Under the pieces are notes generated by a model. It did no database searches, had not been told where the DNA came from, and saw nothing but the letters and a program-made list of their open reading frames with translations. Positions 53,642-64,000 of a stretch of 64,000 nucleotides of DNA are shown here, piece by piece. Source of the stretch: Eledone cirrhosa (lineage: Eukaryota). The position numbers and the translations under genes are program-made. Location of the stretch: assembly GCA_964016885.1 (NCBI GenBank), contig OZ024740.1:115940001-116004000 (forward strand), written 5' to 3'. The first letter of the stretch is position 1. Each line of letters opens with the position of its first letter.

Positions 53642-53831
53642 CGAAGGAAATGTGGTAAGGAACCAGGTGGACCATAACGCACCAAAGTACTCAATACTTG
53701 AGGTAGTAGAGTGGGTAATAGGAACCAGTAAGACCCCGACAGCTGAGCTCAAGCCGTTTCGACGGCTAATTCTGGACTCCAGAATTAGCCGTCGAAACGG
53801 CTTGAGCTCAGCTGTCGGGGTCTTACTGGTT

Positions 53832-53836
<5 letters not shown>
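53640..53836. repeat. PLE-pLTR-like fragment ending in a perfect 119-bp palindrome
   Basis: 53718-53776 is the exact reverse complement of 53778-53836. Confidence 0.85.
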
Positions 53837-53886
<50 letters not shown>

Positions 53887-53975
53887 AAATTCGTTTCAAA
53901 ATATAAAAACTGGAAAGATGTAGGTGAAAAAATGATATCAGCACAAAATACGATAGTGAACTCCTACTGTGAATA

Positions 53976-54056
<81 letters not shown>

Positions 54057-54211
54057 AGATTCAGGACCCCGACGGCTGAGCTCCGGCCGTTTCGACCTAG
54101 ATCCGAACTAAGCCACCAGTATTAGAACGGCGGGAATCTAGCTGAACTGGTATTGAGTACTCTGGTGCGTTATGGTCCACCTGGTCTCTTACTGTACCCT
54201 CTTTGTTATAT

Positions 54212-54298
<87 letters not shown>

Positions 54299-54302
54299 TA
54301 TA

Positions 54303-54340
<38 letters not shown>

Positions 54341-54350
54341 CATATATATA

Positions 54351-54488
<138 letters not shown>

Positions 54489-54495
54489 TATATAA

Positions 54496-54632
54496 ATTAT
54501 CGATTTTTTGAAACTTCGAAGTGCGTAAGAAATCAAGTGTCAAGTTTCATCAAGATCAGTTTGGTAGTTCTTGAGTTTTAGGTTCACAAACAAACACAGA
54601 AACAGACAGAAATTGCCATTTATGTATATAGA
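54496..54632 (-). mobile_element. non-autonomous Helitron 5'-end fragment
   Basis: rc begins A|TCTATATACATAAATGG followed by (TCTG/TTTG)n, like the 5' end of 56154-57054. Confidence 0.55.
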
Positions 54633-54778
54633 TATATATGTGCTGAGAGAGAGAGATGAATATATAGATCCAGGGACATCTATTAACTATCATCTATCTA
54701 TCTTGCTACCTAGCTAGGTAGGTGGATAGAGAGGGAAGGGAATCGATAGGTAGGTGGATGGATATCTAGCTACCACGG

Positions 54779-54818
<40 letters not shown>

Positions 54819-54829
54819 TAGATAGATAT

Positions 54830-55870
54830 GTTTCTTTTATTTGCCACCAGGGCATCAAAAGTGGGACAAGTACAATGGGGGGAGTTTACAAAACAAGGCG
54901 TCCTCAATAGGGAGGAGGCAATAACAATATATAAAAATAAAATAAAATATAACAAAAAATAGAATTATAACAAAAAATAAAATTTATAACAAAATCCTCA
55001 ATAGAGAGGAGGCGCCTTGGGGGGTCGCACCCCCCCCCCGAAAAAAGTGTGCAATCCTTTTCCTCAGGAGCACAGAGAGGGGATGCTCCCTCGTTCCTTC
55101 CTCTTTTCCACCTACAGGCTTATGTAAAGAGAAGGCCCATTCACACGCGCCATTCTCGCCACTTTCACCCACCTTTCATAAAAACGACTGGGGTGGAGCA
55201 CCTCTCTCTCCATCCTGATCCTTCTTCCGAAATGATATCGGAAGAAACGGACCAGTTGTTGGCCAGAGAGAAAGGTGCCTGACCTCAGTCCTTTCAGACG
55301 CGTCCACCATACAACCTCTTTCGCCATGGCTATTACGCACAGAAACACCGCCTCTGCTTCATCTTTGAAGGGGGGAGGCGGCTTGATCATTACAATAGAC
55401 TCGGTGGTCAACCGGATCGGTCCCACCCTTGACAGCAGTTGTTCGACATAGCCCCACAGATCGGCTACGCCCGAGCAGTGTACCAATGCGTGTGCAACGG
55501 TTTCCTCGTCGCACACGCATCTGGGACAGATCTTTTTGGCGGGATCCCTACCCGGGCGCCCGTGTCTGTAGAGCTTTTCTCGAACGGGTAGAGCCCCTCG
55601 GTAGCACTGCCAGGCCAGGGACTTCTGGAAGTTGTCCATAGGTCCCGGGCTGAATGTCCTACCGAACAGGCTGGCCAGTTCGTCCTCCTCCATGTCTAGG
55701 GCTTCTCCGAGGGCGTCGTCGCACCTGCTCCGTACCAGCCCTCTATAGAATGTTGCGGTGGAGTCTCCACTGATAACCGGATCCGCCTGCCAGAGGGCGG
55801 TGAGCGCCTGGGCACACTCAGTGTGCCAGGCGCCCAGTTTTCTCGGTCTTTGCTTGACCCAGGATTGCAG
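54830..55870 (-). mobile_element. L1/Tx1-clade LINE copy D, short 3' fragment
   Basis: ORF 55112-55693 CPRC..HALVHC; GATA repeats on both sides. Confidence 0.92.
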
Positions 55871-55954
55871 ATAGATAGATATGTTTCTTTATTTGCAGAC
55901 AGTCACACACACACACACACATACACACATACACACACACATATATATGAGTAT

Positions 55955-56070
55955 TAGTACTCATCTTTTTCCATTTCTTTGCGGGTTCTAAACTCCACTA
56001 TCAGGCTAAAATGTCTTTAGTAAAAAAATACGGCGAAAGCTTCTATTTCTAATTTCAAACTCGCTCGCTG

Positions 56071-56072
<2 letters not shown>
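55955..56072 (+). repeat. diverged partial copy of the 61.5-62.7 kb tRNA-like repeat unit
   Basis: TACTCATCTTTTTCCATTTC..CCACTATCAGGCTAAA..TACGGCGA..TTCAAACTCGCTCGCTG. Confidence 0.8.
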
Positions 56073-56153
<81 letters not shown>

Positions 56154-56154
<1 letters not shown>

Positions 56155-57054
56155 TAGCAGTAAAGCCCGGCGTTGCTCGGGGCTGCTCAGTAGCTGTGTT
56201 ACAGTTACAATGTTAAGTTCCTTTCTTGGCTTAACAACTGTAGGGTCTACAGTGTAGACTTTCATGTGGTACTTTTGCTTAATATTCCCTCAACCAACAG
56301 TATGCCTTATGAAGTTAAGAAAACATAACCATAACCCGAATGTTAAAACAAAAGAGGATGCTGGGGATAAAAACTGCACTGGTAATCTATTAACAATAAT
56401 CGAAAATGTAAACACTGCAACACTTGTCTTAGAGAAAAACATCAGCGTAAACTATCAGTTATTTTGAAACAAAGAAATTGGATGGACATGAAAAACAAAA
56501 AAAAAAAAGCGTTATCTGTCGTTTAAAATCATTGCTTCTAAATGAAAATCTCATAAGGCTTTATTCGAGATCAATGCCTTTTTTACAAAATATTTGCTTA
56601 TTTTACGGTGTATTCAAATAGGCTTGTTTTCAACTAAAAATATTGTTTTAAAAGACTTTTTAATGGAAATGAAGCAAAATGGAAGCTTAATGTTGAAACT
56701 TCGAACTCATGAATTTTGCAGGTTAAAATTTTGCTGGCCCGAAAGTTGTTCGTGTATTTTTGTACCTTTGCACGCGTCGTTTATTCGTAACGTAAATAGA
56801 TAGACAGAATGACGCCATAAAAGGGAAATAACTCCTCTCTATTTATACATTTGAACTGAAAAATCAATACATTACAAATTCGATTTTTGCACTTGGTGTG
56901 GGTCGATTTGATAATTTTTTTGACCGATGTCTCCGCCTGACCTTCATCTATAAGTGTAGCAATTTCACCGAAATTTGAACATACGGTTTAGGAGATGTGT
57001 GCCGACCGTTTTAGTAGACAGACAGACAGACAACCTCAGTTTTATATATATAGA
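56154..57054 (-). mobile_element. non-autonomous Helitron, both ends present
   Basis: Minus strand: A|TC 5' end (TCTATATATATAAAACTGAGG), 3' hairpin CCCGAGCAACGCCGGG then CTAG|T; inserted between A and T. Confidence 0.8.
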
Positions 57055-58719
57055 TATATATATATAAATATATATATACATATATATATATATATACAGA
57101 GAGAGAGGGAGAGAGGCAGACAGACTGACAGATAATTAGATAGATAAATAGATACACATAAAAATACATACACAAAGAAATTTATTTATCTATTTATTTA
57201 TTTATTTTCTTTCAACTTTTCATAGCTAAATATATATATATATATATAAAACCCGTGTTATCCCAATCGTTAAAAACTAAAATAACTGAAATTGAAAACT
57301 AACTTCTACAAACACTAAAAACAATGTAAAGTATATATGGAACTGACATCCTACATACCTATGTATATATTTCACGGACATACACTCACGCACCTATGTA
57401 TGGTAGTTGCAATTAACGAAGATTTCCTTCTATTCAACATTAAACTGATCCTTTTTTAAAAATCTTTAAATAAAAGGAAATGCAGAGAAGTGACAGAGTC
57501 GCTAGGTTATTGGATCAAAGACTCGGTATGATTTTCGACTAACTGCAGAGAGAGTTCATATATCATTGATGTCAATTTTGCCTTTCATCCTTTCGGGATC
57601 GATAAATGAAATATCAGTCCAGGGGTGACAGTGGATTGGTGGAATTGTTAAAGAGACGGATGGGATGCGTTACGGTATCTGATATATTTCTGTGTGTCTT
57701 GTGTTCAAATCCCGCCCACTTTTGCCAGACGTTGTGACCGGCAGATAGTATCAGCAATCGGAAAAACTAATGAAAACATTGTTTCGTTGGTCTGATCTGA
57801 TGATCGGCTCTTTTATTTTATTTTCAAGTAAAATTAATTTTGTTGTTAAATTGTTAATTATTTTTTATCCGCTCTCAATCAATAGAATTGCACAGTTAAT
57901 TTGACCTTTTTCTTGAATAGATATGTAATCGTAATTTACTGGGAGGAAAATTTCTAATTCATGATAAAAGATGAGTGGGCACTTGTACTGCGTTGATTTC
58001 CTTTATCAATTTTCAAGATAATCGTTTTGGTTTCCAGTGTAACAATCAGCATGCTGTGTAAAAAAACCATTAATTAAAATTGTCGGTTTGTAAATAAGAT
58101 CGTCATCTTACTTTGATCCCCCAAAGAGAGTTGGGTATTAAATACGATTTCACTGTAGATTGGGATTTTATCAAAAGTGCATAGTGACTAAATGATCTAA
58201 AAAAGTATCTGAAAATAAATATAAAAAATAGATCGATATCGATTTCTCTTTATATTATCAAGTACCCAAAAAATTATTGTTTTAAGTTAAACGCAGTTAT
58301 TACTCTTCAATTTATATAATTATAACAAACTTATTGAAATTAGTTCTGCAGACAGGAAATCTAAGAAAAATGACTTCGTTTGATTTCAATTCCTAGTTCA
58401 ATTTTATGTTTAATTGGGAAAGAGTCTAAGAACTAAAACTAAATGTGATTATTTCTGATTGATTTTAAAGAATTGTCTTCGCTTCTGTATCAATTATCGA
58501 ACGTACTGAATATTTAATCAGGAATTCGATTTGTTAATTCCTCCTACATAAAATACTATCAATTTTTCCATTAGCAATTATTAAAGATGTGTATCAAGGC
58601 CAAAATTTTCCAAGCAGTTAATCAATAATTGTATTAAATTATTAAGAAAACAAGGAAATGATTATTTAGGGAAATATTTCTGTAAGAGTCACACAGGAAG
58701 TATCTATTCTTTCATTATT

Positions 58720-58816
58720 TTAACTTTGCCTTTCATCCTTACGGGGTCGATAAAATAAAGTACCAGTAATACACTGGTATAATTGCTAGCCTTGTGCCAA
58801 AAGTAGAAACAATTAT
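58720..58816 (+). mobile_element. SINE family A truncated copy
   Basis: Core and tail motifs. Confidence 0.85.
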
Positions 58817-59165
58817 TTTACTGTTAAAACTTTAATTCTATTGCAAAGGGTTTACTGCTAGTATTATTGTTAAAATTTTACCGTTAATATTACTTCTAAA
58901 ATTTTATTACTAAAACCTAAATTTTACTGCAAAGTTTTATGTTAAATTTACCATTTACTTTACTGTTAATATTACTGCAAAAATCAAGTTAATTTTACTG
59001 CTAGTTTTGCTACTATAATGTAATTGTTAATTTAGCACTAAAATTTTACTGGTAACTTTACTCTTAATTTTATCTCTAAAATTTTGTTGTTAATTTTATT
59101 GTGAATTTTACTGCTAAAATTTTGCTGTTGATTATACTGCTAAAATGTTGATGTTGATTTTACAA
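58817..59165. repeat. degenerate ~13-bp tandem repeat (AATTTTACTGCTA)
   Basis: Read directly. Confidence 0.75.
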
Positions 59166-60274
59166 ATAAAATTATTTCAGTTTGTGCGCAGACAAACCTA
59201 GTTTTTGACACTTTTGACAACACTAAGTAAATTACTAAGCCTGCATTTTTTTTTACTACACGGACCGGACTAACCCATGGCAAATCATAAACCATTCAAC
59301 GTTGGATATTTACACTATGCTGCTACATAGCAAAGATGTTTAGTGATTTATTTATTGATCGCAGGAAATTATTATATATTTAATTTAATTATACAAATTT
59401 GTATAAAATTCTATGCTTAGGTAATGTGCCTCTCTGCGGTCTGTATCTGAGGCGGGGGTCGCCTAGTTGACCATAATGGTAGTGACGGTGTTGCCTACAA
59501 CTCTGCCATTTATGGAAGGGAAGCCAGATATTATAAACAAAGACTTCTGAAGTTTCGTTTTGTCAGTAATTTGAGAAAACATTTCTGTGACATGAAGACT
59601 TTCAAAAGAAATTCCTATTACTAATTACCTCTCAAGTGATTACATAATTAGCACCACCTGACATCTGAAACAAGTTACCTGTAGAAATATAGAGACTGGA
59701 ATATTGAAAAGATTAAATTCCTTTTTTTCTAAATTATTTTGCTGACAACGAGCGTTACAACACTCTTGACACCTCATTATGTGCTTTCAGTCTCTGGCAG
59801 TCTCTACTTCCTTCTCTCTAACACATCTCTCTCCCCCGCCCCTCTTTCTCTCTCTCTATATATAGTGGAAAAATGAACAAACAAAACACAAGAGGCAATT
59901 TTTACACAGTTATATTAGGTTCACGCTTGGTGGAAATGGAGGAACATCTTTATCTATCTTTATTCCCACTCTCTCACACTGTATTATGTGAGCTGCTAAA
60001 AAGAAACATCAACTACAAGCTGAAGAAATACGTCAGTGTTTTCTCATACATTCTCGACATTCCTAAACTACATTGACTTTTCACAACCAAATAACGGAGA
60101 ACATTATTAAGGAAATTTCACTCGAATATATTGAAGATTTATACAGATAAGCATAGAAATTTCGTATTTCTAAAGAAACACGGTATGTTTACAGGAAACA
60201 TTTAGGAAGCCGTAGCTATGCAAACGCCGGGGGCTAACGCACTCTGGTGATGTCCAGCAAAATCAAGGGGGACA

Positions 60275-60318
60275 ACCGTCTATGCATTTCAGGCTTGACT
60301 GGCCTTCATCAGGACGGT
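60275..60318 (-). ncRNA. minimal type I hammerhead ribozyme, intact core
   Basis: rc: ACCGTC-CTGATGA-AGGC CAGTCAA GCCT-GAAA-TGCA-TA-GACGGT. Confidence 0.88.
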
Positions 60319-60463
60319 ACCTCCCACCGCTTGCAACTGCTGGACTTGAAAACAGTCCGTGTTTCTTTAGAAATACGAAATTTCTATACTTATCGGTATA
60401 AAGCTATGTTTCTAAAGAAACACGGTCTGTTTTCAAGTCCAGCAGTTGCAAGCGGTGGGAGGG

Positions 60464-60507
60464 ACCGTTCTGATGAAGGCCAGTCAAGCCTGAAATGCAT
60501 AGACGGT
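60464..60507 (+). ncRNA. minimal type I hammerhead ribozyme, intact core
   Basis: ACCGTT-CTGATGA-AGGC CAGTCAA GCCT-GAAA-TGCA-TA-GACGGT; predicted cleavage after 60501. Confidence 0.88.
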
Positions 60508-60651
60508 TGTCCCCCTTGCTTCTGTTGGACACCACCAGGGGACGTTATCCCCCGGTGTTTGCATAGCTACGGTTTCCTAAATGTTTCCTGTAAACATACC
60601 CTGTTTCTTTAGAAATAGAATATTTATATACACACGTACACACACACACAC

Positions 60652-60715
<64 letters not shown>

Positions 60716-61133
60716 AGAGAAAAAGAGAGATGCGTTTATGTATTTGTTTTGCAAAATTTTTTATGTGAAATTTTGTGTTGAAACCCATAGTGTCATATTC
60801 GGGGATGGTCATATTGCCAGTATTGCTAATTAAAAGAAACACTCACTCTATATGATTTTCGCTTTATCTTTATTCGTTAGTTCATCGAAGTTCTTTCGTA
60901 ACACATCCCGTGACCTCCTCAATCTATTTGTTTTCTTTTGTGCCTCCTCTTCTTTCTGGTCTTAATAGGTTACTCTATATTGTCTTTTGAGGTGTTTTTC
61001 GTGATCCATGTCTGCGTAAGCGTTTGCGCATGCGCCCCCACCTGTTTGTGTCTCTGTATTTGTTATGTTTATGTGCGTTTTATGTTTTTGTCAGTTTGTA
61101 CCTTTCACGGTTTGTATCTCTTTTTACTCCCTA

Positions 61134-61230
61134 GTTGACTTTACCTTTCATCCTTACGGGGTCGATAAAATAAAGTACCAGTAATGAACTGGGTAATTGC
61201 TGGCCTTGTGCCTAAAGTAGAAACAATTAT
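61134..61230 (+). mobile_element. SINE family A truncated copy
   Basis: Core and tail motifs. Confidence 0.85.
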
Positions 61231-61473
61231 GTCTTTAGTCATTTCGTTGCAGGATATTACTATTCCACTCGTGTTTTCTGTTCAGGCTAGTTCTATCTTC
61301 TATTATGTGTGTGGCATCCGTAGTTTGTCTGAGTGTTGCGTCAGTTTTATGTGTGGATAAGATTTTTATTTCTATGGTATCTATTAAGGTCCCATCTTCC
61401 ACATGAGCTTTTCTCCTCCTTAAGTTCTCACCAGCGTTTCTTTATTCTCTCTTCTATGTTACAAGCTGTCTTT

Positions 61474-61509
<36 letters not shown>

Positions 61510-61512
<3 letters not shown>

Positions 61513-62718
61513 TATAGATGTAAGCTATCGCCGTATTTTGATTAAAGAAATTATGGAAAATAATTTAGCCTGATAGTGGGGTTAAGAACCCTCGGAAAAA
61601 TGGGAAAAGATGAGTCTTGACGTACATGGGAGTAGAACCCACATCTTTGATTATCCAGACCACTTTGCTACCATTACACCAACAGTCTTTTTCCATTCGA
61701 ATTAGAAGCTATAATCTTAGCAACTCTAAATGTCAAGTAAGAATATTTTCGAAACAGCGAGCGAGTTTGAAATTATAAATGTAAGCTATCGCCGTATTTG
61801 GACGAAAGAAATTATGGAAAATTATTTAGCCTGATAGTGGGGCTAAGAACCCTCGGAGAAATGGAAAAAGATGAGTATTGACGTTCATGGGAGTCGAACC
61901 CACATCTTTGGTTATCCAGACCACTGTACTACCATTACACCAACACATCACCCGTCTTTTTCCATTCGAATTAGAAGCTATAATCTTAGCAACTCTAAAT
62001 GTCAAGTAAGAATATTTTCAAAACAGCGAGCGAGTTTGAAATTATAAATGTAAGCTATCGCCGTATTTTGACTAAAGAAATTATGGAAAATTATTTAGCC
62101 TGCTAGTGGGGCTAAGAACCCTCGGAGAAATGGAAAAAGATAAGTATTGACGTACATGGGAATCGAACCCACATCTTTGGTTATCCAGACCACTGTGCTA
62201 CCATTACACCAACACATTACCCGTCTTTTGCCATTCGAATTAGAAGCTATAATCTTAACCCCACTATCAGGCTAAATAATTTTCGAAAATATTCTTACTT
62301 GACATTTACAGTTGCTAAATTATTTAGCCTGATAGTGGGGTTAACCCCACTATCAGGCTAAATAATTTTCCATAATTTCTTTAGTCAAAATACGGCGATA
62401 GCTTACATTTATAATTTCAAACTCGCTCGCTGTTTCGAAAATATTCTTACTTGACATTTACAGTTGCTAAGATTATAGCTTCTAATTCGAATGGAAAAAG
62501 ACGGGTGGTGTGTTGGTGTAGTGGTAGCACAGTGGTCTGGATAACCAAAGATGTGGGTTCGACTCCCATGTACGTCAATGCTCATCTTTTTTTTCATTTC
62601 TCCGAGGGTTCTTAACCCCACTATCAGGCTAAATAATTTTCCATAATTTCTTTAGTCAAAATACGACGATAGCTTACATTCATAATTTCAAACTCGCTCG
62701 CTGTTTCGAAAATATTCT
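61510..62718. repeat. ~269-bp tRNA-like tandem repeat: about 2.8 direct units, then about 1.4 inverted units
   Basis: Units start at 61510, 61771 and 62040; orientation flips through 62254-62343. Confidence 0.92.
62507..62577 (+). other. tRNA-like Pol III module (pseudo-tRNA with GGA triplet; three more copies on the minus strand)
   Basis: TGGTGTAGTGGTAGCAC (A-box/D arm), TGGT-CTGGATA-ACCA, GTGGG-TTCGACT-CCCAT; GU-rich acceptor stem; T-run downstream. Confidence 0.7.
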
Positions 62719-62732
62719 TATATATATATATA

Positions 62733-62914
62733 TGCGTGTGCTTTTTTTATTGGCAATAATGACAACATGACTATCACCAATTATAACTATATATACATAC
62801 ACACAGACACACGCATATATATATATATATATATATGCGTGTGTCTATGTGCATGTATATATAGTTATAATTGGAGATAGTCATGTTGTCATTATTGCCA
62901 ATAAAAAAAGCACA

Positions 62915-62918
<4 letters not shown>
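62733..62918. repeat. near-perfect inverted repeat (83-bp arms) around (AT)n
   Basis: 62733-62815 versus 62836-62918. Confidence 0.9.
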
Positions 62919-62976
<58 letters not shown>

Positions 62977-63351
62977 ATATATATATATATATATAGGAGA
63001 GACAGCTGGTAGCATAGAAGAGAGAATAAATATAAGTAGCTGTAAAGAAACTAGATTAACTGCCCTATTATTTGACGGTACTTGCCTAAAGTTACGATGA
63101 GTAAATCACGAAGTAAATGTATAAGCCTGTTACACAAGAGTTATTTATTCAGACTAAAGGTCAGTCTTGGAGATTTAGAAAAGTATTGGCATTTGTTGTT
63201 TTGCTTATTAACAGTTTAAGTAAATTCACATTTAACAGTGCAATGAAATTGTGTCAGTGACCAGATCACCAACAGTGTGACGAAAATATTGGCACCAAAA
63301 AATAAATGATAAATATAAAGTGAATTTAACAGTTTTTGTGTTTTTGTATTT

Positions 63352-63745
63352 CTAAAATGACTCCTCCACAGTATAACAGATTTAGTTTCAACACCGTCTC
63401 CGATCATGTCACTTGCCAGGCAAGTACATCTGTTGTAATTACTTTAGTTTCAACAGGCGGTCTCAAATCAAGTCACTTGCCAGCTTATACTAAAATGACT
63501 TTTACAAGATGCAATTGCTTTAGTTTCAATATACAATCTGAGATCAAGTCTTTCACCAGACATGTACATGTGATGTTAAAATGACACCTCCACGATGTAA
63601 TTACTTTAATTTCAATGCCTTCCCAGATCAAGTGACTTGCCAGGCAAGTACATCCGTAGTTAAGATGACTCTTCCACGATGTAATTGCTTTAGTTTCAAC
63701 ACACCACGATCTCAGATCATGTTACTTGCCAGACTTATACAAGTA
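63352..63745. repeat. degenerate ~80-bp tandem repeat
   Basis: Recurring AAAATGAC..TTTAGTTTCAA..GATCA..ACTTGCCAG. Confidence 0.8.
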
Positions 63746-64000
63746 CAAACTTTTAACAGATCCAGACAGACCACTGAAACTGGGGGAATGCTGTTACGTA
63801 TTACTTAACGAAGATATCAACTGTGTAACAACTTCGCTTCATTAATTTGAGTTGCAGTAGAACATTGGCTGTGACCAGGTGGCAACAGGTGCGACGAAAA
63901 TGTCGACATCAAGAAATAAATGATAAATCTACTGTAATTTCCTGATATTCACGATATCGAACAATATATCATTTTTAGAATGAAGAAGTCTTTGTAAAAA

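Noticed and set aside
59471-59515. Hairpin CCATAATGGTAG/CTGCCATTTATGG as a pre-miRNA
   Set aside because: Stem of only about 12 bp and no recognised mature sequence.
62415-62460. Hammerhead in the tRNA-like unit (CGAAAATATTC)
   Set aside because: No CTGANGA core or stem II upstream on either strand.
62507-62577. Functional tRNA-Ser(GGA) gene
   Set aside because: No long variable arm, weak acceptor stem, and embedded in a repeat array.
61510-62718. CRISPR-like array
   Set aside because: Whole units repeat with no unique spacers, no cas genes, eukaryotic context.

Overview
AT-rich, microsatellite-saturated eukaryotic intergenic or intronic DNA. The SINE and LINE repertoire suggests a coleoid cephalopod, probably Octopus (inference from recalled repeat families). 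I could not support any host protein-coding gene; nearly all ORFs in the track are translations of microsatellites. The real content is retroelement debris: a Naiad-like Penelope RT with a 5' hammerhead (3.3-5.4 kb), two tail-to-tail RTE LINE copies (one with about 800 open codons), three copies of a bipartite RTE-derived non-autonomous element, four copies of one R4/Dong RLE-type LINE family in (CATA)n, four L1/Tx1-clade LINEs mostly in (GATA)n, many tRNA-derived SINEs, a decayed mariner, a 76-bp MITE and a non-autonomous Helitron. Top observations: (1) two separately decayed Dong copies carry the same in-frame TGA at the second Cys of the CCHC zinc knuckle, a candidate selenocysteine or recoded codon in a non-LTR retrotransposon, although I found no canonical SECIS; (2) three unrelated hammerhead-type modules each sit in a head-to-head or palindromic arrangement; (3) a tRNA-like ~269-bp unit forms a tandem-plus-inverted array with template-switch junctions; (4) short inverted copies of nearby sequence replace internal segments of two LINEs. 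Boundaries are by-eye estimates unless motifs are quoted.
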